NCBI GenBank assembly: GCA_963733095.1 | Contig: CAVTBV010000001.1 | Span: 128,001 to 192,000 of the forward strand | Source: Candidatus Bathyarchaeota archaeon | GTDB taxonomy: Archaea > Thermoproteota > Bathyarchaeia > Bathyarchaeales > Bathycorpusculaceae | DNA length: 64,000 bases | Direction of reading: 5' to 3' | Part shown: in pieces, positions 1-8,643 of the stretch | How the letters are laid out: every line of letters begins with the position of its first letter | Position numbering within the stretch: position 1 is the stretch's first letter | Made by a program: the position numbers and the translations under genes | Notes under the pieces: model-generated | What the model was told of the DNA's origin: nothing | What the model saw: the letters and a program-made list of their open reading frames with translations, nothing else | Database searches by the model: none

Positions 1-1
1 T

Positions 2-130
2 ACTCCTGCGGTGAGAGCTTCAAACGCCGTGTCTATGCTGGATGAGATTCTGCAAGACCCCAACATGCCACCATATACCCGTGTTAAGCTCTGGAACGTT
101 ATGAGCTTTATCGAAGCCATAAAAGATTAA
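2..130 (+). CDS. UPF0147 family protein, 3' part (truncated by window start)
   Basis: Frame 2 reads TPAVRASNAVSMLDEILQDPNMPPYTRVKLWNVMSFIEAIKD*; the DPNMP..TR..LW motif is typical of archaeal UPF0147. Confidence 0.8.
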   Translation, partial: TPAVRASNAVSMLDEILQDPNMPPYTRVKLWNVMSFIEAIKD

Positions 131-172
131 TTCTAATCTTGAATTTTTTTTAAGACTTTTGAAAAGTCTTAA
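123..172. terminator. Two inverted repeats between convergent genes (possible bidirectional terminator)
   Basis: AAGATTA-attc-TAATCTT (123-140) and perfect TTAAGACTTTT-g-AAAAGTCTTAA (150-172) around a T-tract. Confidence 0.45.
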
Positions 173-174
173 TC

Positions 175-645
175 TTATTTTACTTGCTTAGCTACCTTTT
201 TGTATTCCTTGTATGAGGCAGCACAGTGCATACAGCAGAACGCTACCTCTTTTCCATCGATGGCTTCTCGGTAGCCGCCCTCGTAGACTTTGCATCCACA
301 GTGAGCACAGACGTAGAGGCTTGGTTCTATAGCTATTGCGACTAGGGTGGCAAATCGTTTGAAGAGTCCAGTGCAAAGTTCTCTACCTTCCTCTGTGAGT
401 TCAAAGATTTTTCGCTCTTTCTCGCCTACTGGTTTTTGGGTGTGTTTGACTAAGCCTTTTTCTTCTAGTTGCTGCAGAAAAGGGTATACTAGGCTTGGGC
501 TGACTTCTTTTTTGACGCGTTTTTTGAATTGGTTGATTATGCTGTAGCCGTGGGCTGGTCCTTCGTAGAGTATAGTGAGTATGTAGAAGCGTGAGAAGTC
601 GCTGATTAGATCGTCGATGTTTGCGGGTTCGGTTGGGTTTGCCAT
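175..645 (-). CDS. PadR-family transcription regulator with C-terminal TRASH-like metal-binding domain
   Basis: HGYSII...SLVYPFLQQLEEKGLV...RKIFELTEEG winged HTH; C-terminal CAHC-x19-CCMHC. Confidence 0.85.
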   Translation of the reverse strand: MANPTEPANIDDLISDFSRFYILTILYEGPAHGYSIINQFKKRVKKEVSPSLVYPFLQQLEEKGLVKHTQKPVGEKERKIFELTEEGRELCTGLFKRFATLVAIAIEPSLYVCAHCGCKVYEGGYREAIDGKEVAFCCMHCAASYKEYKKVAKQVK

Positions 646-818
646 TGTGGTCTTGTTTATTAGGTGGCCTTGTTGTTATAAATGTTATTAAGATATATCT
701 AAAAAATACCTATGCAATGTTTAAAATTCGAACTCTGCTCCAACTTACAAGTTTAACTGCACTAGAAATATATGCCACTTGTTACATGTAACTTTGGGTT
801 CCAAGGGGGAGAATTTCC

Positions 819-2201
819 TTGAAATATGACGTAATAATCGTGGGCGCAGGTCCAGCAGGCATCTTCTCAGCGTTAGAGCTAACCGAAAAAACAAACCTAA
901 ACGTACTCGTCATCGATCGAGGTGCAGACATTGACAAACGCAAATGCCCCTCCAAACGAGGCTTTGAATGTGTCCACTGCGAACCATGCAGCGTACTTAG
1001 CGGTTGGGGCGGTGCAGGCGCCTACAGCGACGGCAAACTCACTTTATCAACTGAGGTTGGCGGCTGGCTCAACCTGTACGTTTCAACTAAAGAACTCGCT
1101 GAACTCGTCAAATATTGTGACGGCATCTACCTCAAGTTCGGCGCAAGCGAACAAGTCTACGGCGGAGAAAACAAAGAAATAGACGAAATCGAACGACAAG
1201 CCTCCCTTGCAGGCCTCAAACTAATCAAACAAGAAGTTCGCCACATGGGCACCGACAAGTGTCTTGAAACACTAATGCGCATGCGCAAATACCTCAACGA
1301 CAAAATAACTTTCATGCCCAAAACAGAAGTTAAAGGGCTAATAGCCGAAAACCGAACCATCCAAGGCGTCGAAACCGTCGACGGCGAGAAAATTATGGGC
1401 AAATACGTCATCATCGCACCCGGCAGAGGCGGTGCAGAGTGGCTTCAAACTGAAGCTCAAATCCGCGGCTTAAAGACCGTTAATAACCCCGTTGACATCG
1501 GTGTACGCGTGGAACTTTTAGCTTCCATAATGGAGAAACTGACCAAAGTTCTCTACGAACCTAAGCTTCTCTATTTCTCACGTTCATTCGACGACCAAGT
1601 ACGGACCTTCTGTGTGTCCCCCTACGGCGAAGTCACAACCGAATCCTACGATGGCGTCTTAACCGTCAACGGCGGCAGCCAAGCAGAAACAAAAACAGCC
1701 AACACAAACTTTGCCATACTCGTCAGCACCTCCTTCACAGAGCCGTTTAAGGAGCCAATCGCTTATGGCAAGTACATCGCTAGACTCTCGAATCTGCTCA
1801 GCGGAGGCGTCATGGTGCAACGGCTCGGCGACCTCAACCACGGCAGACGCAGCACTCCCGAGCGACTCGCCCACAGCGTCCTAACACCCACACTCAAAAA
1901 CGCCACCCCCGGAGACCTAAGCTTTGTCCTACCCTACCGCTACCTCACCGATATACGCGAAATGCTTGAAGCCCTCGACAAAATCGCCCCAGGCGTCGCT
2001 TCACCCGAAACCCTACTCTACGGCGTCGAAGTCAAATTCTACTCCTCACACCTACAACTCAACAATGCCTTGGAAAGCAAAATCCAAAACATGTTCACCA
2101 TCGGCGACGGAGCAGGCGTCACCCGTGGATTAATTCAGGCATCTGCTTCAGGAGTTATTGTTGCAAGAGAAATTCTCAAACGAGAAAAACTGAAGGATTA
2201 A
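819..2201 (+). CDS. FAD-dependent oxidoreductase (uncharacterised FAD-dehydrogenase family)
   Basis: N-terminal GAGPAG dinucleotide-binding motif, GGAGAYSDGKL, C-terminal GDGAGVTRG. Confidence 0.85.
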   Translation: MKYDVIIVGAGPAGIFSALELTEKTNLNVLVIDRGADIDKRKCPSKRGFECVHCEPCSVLSGWGGAGAYSDGKLTLSTEVGGWLNLYVSTKELAELVKYCDGIYLKFGASEQVYGGENKEIDEIERQASLAGLKLIKQEVRHMGTDKCLETLMRMRKYLNDKITFMPKTEVKGLIAENRTIQGVETVDGEKIMGKYVIIAPGRGGAEWLQTEAQIRGLKTVNNPVDIGVRVELLASIMEKLTKVLYEPKLLYFSRSFDDQVRTFCVSPYGEVTTESYDGVLTVNGGSQAETKTANTNFAILVSTSFTEPFKEPIAYGKYIARLSNLLSGGVMVQRLGDLNHGRRSTPERLAHSVLTPTLKNATPGDLSFVLPYRYLTDIREMLEALDKIAPGVASPETLLYGVEVKFYSSHLQLNNALESKIQNMFTIGDGAGVTRGLIQASASGVIVAREILKREKLKD

Positions 2202-2207
2202 ATAGCA

Positions 2208-2951
2208 ATGGCTATAGCTCAAAACATAAAGTGTTCACACTGCGGCGCCCCAGTTGATTTTAAACCAGGCGAGCTATTCGCCACTTGCAAGTACTGCGGC
2301 TTCACAACCGTAATCGAGACGGGACAAGCATTCACTTTTGAGCATTCGCTTCTGTTAAACAGCTACTCCGAAGAGCAGATCGAAAATTTAGTTCGTGACT
2401 GGATGCGCTCGGGATTTATGAAACCAGGCGATTTAGCTAAGAAATCAAAAATGACTGAGAAAAATCTGGTTTATCTGCCCTTTTGGATCGTTTCAGCTGA
2501 CGCCACAACCAAGTATAAAGGCATTTTCGAGCGCATGTCCCCCGCTATCGTTAAGGAAGGGCAAATTCAAAAAGAGTACAACTGGCTGGTTTTAGCCAGG
2601 GAAGCGTCAGGTTTTCCAACTCGAGAATATAATGTGCCCTTAACGGGCAAAATTCCGTATGATTTCAGGAAAATCGAGGGTTTTGCTAAACTACTCAACA
2701 GCGAAATGACTCGCGAGGAAGCCTTGGAGATTGCCAAGCAGCAGATTGAGGCGCTTCATCGGTTTCTGCTTCAGCAGGATATTGATAAAATCGTTGAAGC
2801 AACCACGACTGTAAACCTAAAGCAGATGGTTTACTTGCATGCGCCCGCCTGGTTCATCAAATATGAGTACAAGAACAACACTTACCAGATGATAGTTGAC
2901 GGTGCAGCAGGCATGGTTCTAAAGGGTGACATACCCTCTTCCAAGTTCTAG
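2208..2951 (+). CDS. Zinc-ribbon protein, YdjG-like
   Basis: N-terminal CSHCG...CKYCG, YLPFW motif and C-terminal VDGAAGMVLKGDIP; first gene before an SPFH gene. Confidence 0.6.
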   Translation: MAIAQNIKCSHCGAPVDFKPGELFATCKYCGFTTVIETGQAFTFEHSLLLNSYSEEQIENLVRDWMRSGFMKPGDLAKKSKMTEKNLVYLPFWIVSADATTKYKGIFERMSPAIVKEGQIQKEYNWLVLAREASGFPTREYNVPLTGKIPYDFRKIEGFAKLLNSEMTREEALEIAKQQIEALHRFLLQQDIDKIVEATTTVNLKQMVYLHAPAWFIKYEYKNNTYQMIVDGAAGMVLKGDIPSSKF

Positions 2952-3020
2952 TTTGCTTTACGAAACTTTAAAAGTAAGCTCTTTTTTATAACGGAATATA
3001 AATATTGGAGGATTTAGGAA

Positions 3021-3560
3021 ATGAGCGAAAATAAAGATGTTTACGCCCAAGCAAAAAGCCAAATGAGACTTTCAGAACGCATAGCAGCGGCGCTTCCAGG
3101 GTTCCGAGGATACAAAGAGAAGGAACTTCGCCGCGAATCAGACAAGCTGATCAGGAATAATTTAACCCTCAAGCTCTCCAAAGACAAAGATAACGTCAGA
3201 AGCATCGCACAGCGCATAGCCGACAAACGCTATCTGGATGTTCTTCCAGATATCGACAGGCTAAACGCCAAAATGGATCGAATAACCGAAAAAGTAAACC
3301 ATGCCTCCTACGGTTACGCTGGCTTCTACGACATTGTGAAAATCAAAGAAGAAAACCTCGACAGAATGATAACCTTCGATAGCCAACTTCTCGACGAAGT
3401 TGACGCCTTAACAGCAAGCATTGACGACTTAAAAGCTCAGCTGCTGAGCGGAAACTACTCAAACCTCAAAGACAAAATACAAACTATCGCAGACAAGTTC
3501 GAATTGCTCGAGGACACCTTTGATAAAAGAGAACAAGTAATCTTAGGAGTGACCCAATAA
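3021..3560 (+). CDS. Conserved hypothetical coiled-coil protein
   Basis: GGAGG RBS; LPGFRGYKEKELRRESDK motif; helical heptad pattern; stop overlaps next start (TAATG). Confidence 0.7.
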   Translation: MSENKDVYAQAKSQMRLSERIAAALPGFRGYKEKELRRESDKLIRNNLTLKLSKDKDNVRSIAQRIADKRYLDVLPDIDRLNAKMDRITEKVNHASYGYAGFYDIVKIKEENLDRMITFDSQLLDEVDALTASIDDLKAQLLSGNYSNLKDKIQTIADKFELLEDTFDKREQVILGVTQ

Positions 3561-4540
3561 TGCCACAAATAATAGAATGGATAAACGCTGGGCCAGACGC
3601 CATAGTTTGGCGTTACCCAAGCGAAGACATCACCTGGGGAGCCCAACTAATAGTACACGAATATGAAATGGCAGTGTTCTTCCGCGACGGAAAAGCTTAT
3701 GACGTATTCGGACCAGGCAGACACACACTCACAACCCTGAACCTTCCAATACTGACCAGCCTGTTGACACGGTTAGCTGGTTTTGGAGGCAACAAACCCT
3801 TCAAAGCAGCAGTACTGTTTATCAGCACCAAAGTTTTCGCGGGCAAATGGGGCACCAAAGCACAAACCACCGAACTCGCACCTCTTCAGACGTATGGGCA
3901 ATTCTGGTTTAAAATCGGCGACGCATCTCTCTTCGTCAATGAAGTTGTCGGCGGACAAAACGCTTATGACACGAACGCAGTCAACGATTTCTTGCGCGGA
4001 TTCCTAAATGAGAAAATAATCGATGAACTCAGTCACTACGACCTTGTCACCGTTTTCACGCGCCTTGACGAAACTTCAGTAATCGTCAAAAACTCGCTGA
4101 TAGACTATTTCAAACGCGTCGGCGTCGAATTAACCGACCTCAGATTCGAAGGCATCGACACCACACCCGAATACCGAGAACGCCTATTCTGGCTCAAAAC
4201 AGGACAAACCCCCGCAGGAGACGTACTGCGCATGGAAACCGTGAAAAACGCGGCAGCAAGCCTCGGTCAAGGAGGCGGTTCAGGAGCCCTCGGAGCAGGC
4301 ATGGTTCTCATCCCACAAATCATGACACCCCAAGGAACAACACAGGCAGCACCCGCAGCCGCACTAGTAATCTGTCCCAAATGCGGAGAAAAAGTTCCAG
4401 CCACAAGCAAATTCTGCCCCAACTGCGGAACAAACCTAACCCCACCCTCAGAAGGCGCAATGAAGTGCCCCAACTGTGGCAAATCTATACCGGCCAACAG
4501 CAAGTTCTGTCCTGAATGCGGTTTCAAAATCGGCAGCTAG
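3560..4540 (+). CDS. SPFH/band-7 domain protein with C-terminal double zinc ribbon (YdjI-like)
   Basis: IVWRYP...GAQLIVHE...AVFFRDGK...GPGRHTLTT N-terminus; four CPxCG knuckles at the C-terminus. Confidence 0.85.
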   Translation: MPQIIEWINAGPDAIVWRYPSEDITWGAQLIVHEYEMAVFFRDGKAYDVFGPGRHTLTTLNLPILTSLLTRLAGFGGNKPFKAAVLFISTKVFAGKWGTKAQTTELAPLQTYGQFWFKIGDASLFVNEVVGGQNAYDTNAVNDFLRGFLNEKIIDELSHYDLVTVFTRLDETSVIVKNSLIDYFKRVGVELTDLRFEGIDTTPEYRERLFWLKTGQTPAGDVLRMETVKNAAASLGQGGGSGALGAGMVLIPQIMTPQGTTQAAPAAALVICPKCGEKVPATSKFCPNCGTNLTPPSEGAMKCPNCGKSIPANSKFCPECGFKIGS

Positions 4541-4552
4541 GAGGAACCAAAC

Positions 4553-4891
4553 ATGAGTGGTAGCGATCGTCAACTGCTAAGCTTTGGCGTATTCCTCATC
4601 ATCATAGTTGTTGGAATATTGCTAGTTGTTGCAGGAGTAATCGGTTGGGAACTGTTTGTTCCAGTCGTGGCAGTTCTTTGCGGTTGCTGGGCGATAGCTT
4701 TAGCGGGTATTCGAGCAAGTAAACCGCTGAAGTACGAACGCGGTACTTTCACCACGATGGCTGGAGGCTTAGGTTTAATCGTGTTCGGTTTTGCTTGGTA
4801 TCTATTCGGCATCAACTGGATCTACTCTCTGGTTGTAATCCTGCTGGCAATCGCAGCATTAGCAATTGCAGCTGCATTAAAACGTAAATAA
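4553..4891 (+). CDS. Small four-TM membrane protein
   Basis: GGAGG RBS; four hydrophobic segments; basic C-terminus. Confidence 0.7.
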   Translation: MSGSDRQLLSFGVFLIIIVVGILLVVAGVIGWELFVPVVAVLCGCWAIALAGIRASKPLKYERGTFTTMAGGLGLIVFGFAWYLFGINWIYSLVVILLAIAALAIAAALKRK

Positions 4892-4964
4892 TCCAAATGA
4901 GCCGTTTTTGGCTCTAAACATTTTTCTATCCCCTCGCACAGTCATGATGCTGAAGGCAGAAGGT

Positions 4965-6584
4965 ATGAGTGAAGAAACTATCGGTCACGGCACATGGTAC
5001 GACATGATGGCAAAGAAGGTCATCGAACGAGAGCAATCCCTAAACCGAGACATGAGCAAAATCCGAACAGAGATGGGTCTTGGCGCCTCAGGGTTTCCCC
5101 ACATAGGCAGCCTAGGAGATGCCTCTCGTAGCTATGCAGTGACTTTGGCACTTAAGAACCTGAACTGCAATTCTGAACTCGTTGCCTTCTGCGATGACAA
5201 AGATGGCTTACGCAAAGTTCCCGCTGGGCTCTCAAAGGACATGGAAAAGTACCTTGGATACTCTGTCTCCAGCATACCTGACCCGTTTGGCTGCCATGAA
5301 AGCTACGGCAAACACATGAGTTCACTGTTGCTCGACGCGTTGGATAAGTGCGGTATCGAATACAAGTACTATTCAGCCCAGCAAGTCTACAAAGAAGGCT
5401 TACTTCTAAATGAGATTCGGACCATACTGGCCAACGCCAAAAAAGTCGGTGAAATCGTCAAAGAAGAAGTTGGACAAGAAACATATACCGAGGTCCTGCC
5501 ATTCTTTGCGGTTTGTGAGAAATGTGGTCACCTCTATACCACCAGAGCCTACAAATTTGATCCCAAAACGGACAAGGTCTCCTACAAATGTGAAGGATTA
5601 GAAATCCGAGGGAAACTCATCGCGGGTTGTGGCAACGAAGGCGAAGTGGATATAAAAAGTGGCGAAGGCAAACTAACTTGGAAAAGCGAATTCGCCGCAC
5701 GTTGGAAAGCCTTGGACATCAGGTTTGAAGCTTACGGCAAAGACATCGCTGACTCCGTGCGAATTAATGACCGTATTTGTCGCGAAGTGCTCTGCTTTGA
5801 GCCTCCGTCCCATGCCAAATACGAGATGTTTCTAGATAAAGGTGGAAAAAAAATCTCTAAATCAGCCGGCAACGTCTTCACGCCACAAGTCTGGTTCGAT
5901 TATGGCTCACCCCAATCGCTGCTTTTACTTATGCTTAAGCGGTTTGTGGGAACACGAACCTTGGACGTTTCAGACATTCCAGCCTACATGAATGAAATCG
6001 ACGGCCTCGAAGATGTTTACTTTGGCAAAAAACAGGTTAGTGAAAAAGAAGCGACCAAACTCAAAGGCTTATACCTCTACTGCTACGTCATGAAACCGCC
6101 AGTTAAACCCCGCATCCACGTGCCCTACAACCTCATGGCATTTCTAGTTAAGATGGCGCCCAAAGAATGCTTAAACGAATACGTCACCGAAAAACTGCAA
6201 AGCTACGGTTACCTGCAGAAAAACCAAACCTTAGACGCCAACCTTCAGCAACGCATCGAATACGCTTTGAACTGGACGCGTGACTTTGAAGAAATCAAAG
6301 AAACTGCCATCGAATTAACCGCTGAAGAAAAAAAAGCCGTCACTGAACTTCTTGCTAAACTACAGAGTGAGGACGACCCAGATAAAATCCAAAATGCCAT
6401 CTTTAACGCTGCCAAAGACAACGGCATAAAACCCGGTACCTTCTTCAAGGTGCTCTATCAGGTTTTGATGGGGGCACCGCAGGGTCCTCGTCTTGGTCCA
6501 TACGTGCTTGCAATGGGCAAACAAAACGTCATCGCCGCGTTGCAAAGAGTGCTTGGTAAAAGTCAGTCCCCCAATACCTCCTAA
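4965..6584 (+). CDS. lysS: Class I lysyl-tRNA synthetase
   Basis: SGFPHIGS (HIGH-like), KISKSAGN (KMSKS-like), GPRLG C-terminal motif; ATG at 4965 preferred over the track's TTG at 4908. Confidence 0.95.
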   Translation: MSEETIGHGTWYDMMAKKVIEREQSLNRDMSKIRTEMGLGASGFPHIGSLGDASRSYAVTLALKNLNCNSELVAFCDDKDGLRKVPAGLSKDMEKYLGYSVSSIPDPFGCHESYGKHMSSLLLDALDKCGIEYKYYSAQQVYKEGLLLNEIRTILANAKKVGEIVKEEVGQETYTEVLPFFAVCEKCGHLYTTRAYKFDPKTDKVSYKCEGLEIRGKLIAGCGNEGEVDIKSGEGKLTWKSEFAARWKALDIRFEAYGKDIADSVRINDRICREVLCFEPPSHAKYEMFLDKGGKKISKSAGNVFTPQVWFDYGSPQSLLLLMLKRFVGTRTLDVSDIPAYMNEIDGLEDVYFGKKQVSEKEATKLKGLYLYCYVMKPPVKPRIHVPYNLMAFLVKMAPKECLNEYVTEKLQSYGYLQKNQTLDANLQQRIEYALNWTRDFEEIKETAIELTAEEKKAVTELLAKLQSEDDPDKIQNAIFNAAKDNGIKPGTFFKVLYQVLMGAPQGPRLGPYVLAMGKQNVIAALQRVLGKSQSPNTS

Positions 6585-6673
6585 AAGGTATATTCTTCCA
6601 AGCAAAAGCCTTAACTTTCTTGTCTTGCTTAATTATATTTAAGGAAAATTGCTAGTTTTACTTGGAGGAATTC

Positions 6674-8305
6674 ATGGTTGAGGTTCAAAAAGACTCTACC
6701 ATCGTAGATCCAAAAAAAGGAGACGCCAACAAAATCATTGATAAAGATAATTTCCTAAAAGAAAGCTATTCACGTTGCGCCTTAATTTTAGGTGAAGAAC
6801 GCCTCCTAGATATTTTAGAGAATATTCCTTCAGCTGTGATGGTTGTTGAAAAACCCAATGCCAAAGTTACCTACGCCAATAAGCGAGCTATCGAACTTCT
6901 CGGTGCAAACCCCTGCAATGTAGAATTGAATAAGCAACCTACTAGTTTTAAAATATTGACGATGGATGGTAAGGTTTGCCCCACGGAAGAATTTTACATT
7001 TACAGGGCATTGTTTAATGAAGAAACCTTCAGAAACTCAACAGCAATTATTGAACAATCGTCAGGTAAACGGTTTACTGTGGTGGTGAGTGCAAAACCGC
7101 TGTATAATAAGGACTGCAAGGCTACTGCGGTAGTAGCTATTTTTGAGGATGTAACTGCTCACGTTAAAACTCAAAATTCACTTGAGGAAAGTGAGCAGCG
7201 GTTGAAAATGGCGCAGAGAATTGCCAATGTGGGAAGCTGGGAATACTTAGTTAAGGAGGACAAGGCAGTTTGGTCTGAAGAACTATTCCACATTTTTGGT
7301 TTACCCCCTCAGAAGAACGGTCCAAACACCACTGAATACGTGGCTAGGCTTTACCCTGAGGATAGAGAAGCGATAAACAAATCAATGGAACAAATGCTCT
7401 TTAAAGGCAAATTATCGACCAAAGCCAGTTTCGATTATCGCATAATCCATAAAGATGGCTCAATACGTACAATACATTCCGAACGAATCGTCCGAGAAGT
7501 TGGCGAAGATAACAAGCCCACAAGGATAGTCGGTATAGAACAGGACATAACTGAACGCAAACAGAATGAACAAAAACTCGAAGAATACGCAAAAAATTTA
7601 GAGCAACTTGTCGAGGACCGAACAAAACAGCTCAAGGATGCCGAACGGCTTGCGGCTATAGGGCAGACTGCCGGTATGATTGGCCATGACATCCGTAACC
7701 CCTTGCAGGCCATCGAAGGTGAACTCTACCTCATGAAGCAGGCTGTGGAAGGTTCGCCAGATAGCGAATGCAAACGCGACGTACAGGAAAGCATAGATTC
7801 TATTCAAGAACAAATAGATTACATTGACAAGATCATCTCTGATTTGCAAGACTTTGCAAAACCACTAAAGCCTGAGCTCGTGGAGGTTGATCTTTGCCGT
7901 ACCATACCCCAATTGATTGCAACCGTTAGTGTGCCCGATAACGTTCAAGCTATGGCAAAATGTGACACTGAATTGCCAAAAATCAAGCTTGACTTAACTT
8001 TCCTTAAGCGTATTCTGGTTAATTTGTCAACCAACGCCATTCAAGCCATGCCGGAGGGTGGCGAACTAATTATTAAAACATCTCAAGAAGCTAACACTGT
8101 TACCATTATTGTTTCTGATACGGGAGGGGGTATTCCAGAAGAAGTAAAACCAAAAATCTTCCAGCCCCTCATGACCACTAAATCTAAGGGTCAAGGTTTC
8201 GGATTAGCTGTCGTTAAACGTTTGGTCGAGGCTCAGGGTGGAACGATAACGTTTAAGAGTAAAGTTGGCAAAGGAACCCAATTCAAAATGACGTTTCCCA
8301 AATAA
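6674..8305 (+). CDS. PAS-domain sensor histidine kinase
   Basis: Two PAS/PAC blocks, H-box GHDIRNPL, N-box NAIQAM, G1 DTGGGI, G2 GQGFGL; GGAGG before ATG 6674. Confidence 0.92.
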   Translation: MVEVQKDSTIVDPKKGDANKIIDKDNFLKESYSRCALILGEERLLDILENIPSAVMVVEKPNAKVTYANKRAIELLGANPCNVELNKQPTSFKILTMDGKVCPTEEFYIYRALFNEETFRNSTAIIEQSSGKRFTVVVSAKPLYNKDCKATAVVAIFEDVTAHVKTQNSLEESEQRLKMAQRIANVGSWEYLVKEDKAVWSEELFHIFGLPPQKNGPNTTEYVARLYPEDREAINKSMEQMLFKGKLSTKASFDYRIIHKDGSIRTIHSERIVREVGEDNKPTRIVGIEQDITERKQNEQKLEEYAKNLEQLVEDRTKQLKDAERLAAIGQTAGMIGHDIRNPLQAIEGELYLMKQAVEGSPDSECKRDVQESIDSIQEQIDYIDKIISDLQDFAKPLKPELVEVDLCRTIPQLIATVSVPDNVQAMAKCDTELPKIKLDLTFLKRILVNLSTNAIQAMPEGGELIIKTSQEANTVTIIVSDTGGGIPEEVKPKIFQPLMTTKSKGQGFGLAVVKRLVEAQGGTITFKSKVGKGTQFKMTFPK

Positions 8306-8643
8306 AGAAATAATATTCCAAATGCCTCGGATTTTATCCAATTAGTTAGTTTTCGACAAAAATGCTTCACTGTCTTCAGTGGACTTTTGGGGTCTCTAAA
8401 TGGTTCTGTGCTTTTTTTGTTCAAATCGTAATAAGGGATATGTATTAACATGATTATAGGTAGTTTTTGCGAATAGAATTTTACTTTTTTCCTTTTGTGG
8501 AATATGATAAAGTTGAGAGTTTCGAAAGTGTTATAAATTGAACTTGCCGATACAGCTAATTGGGCAAGGATACAGACATTCAAAATGCGAGAGTGATCTA
8601 TGTTTTTGCTCATTAAGACATAAATTAAGAGAGGAAAAGAAAA

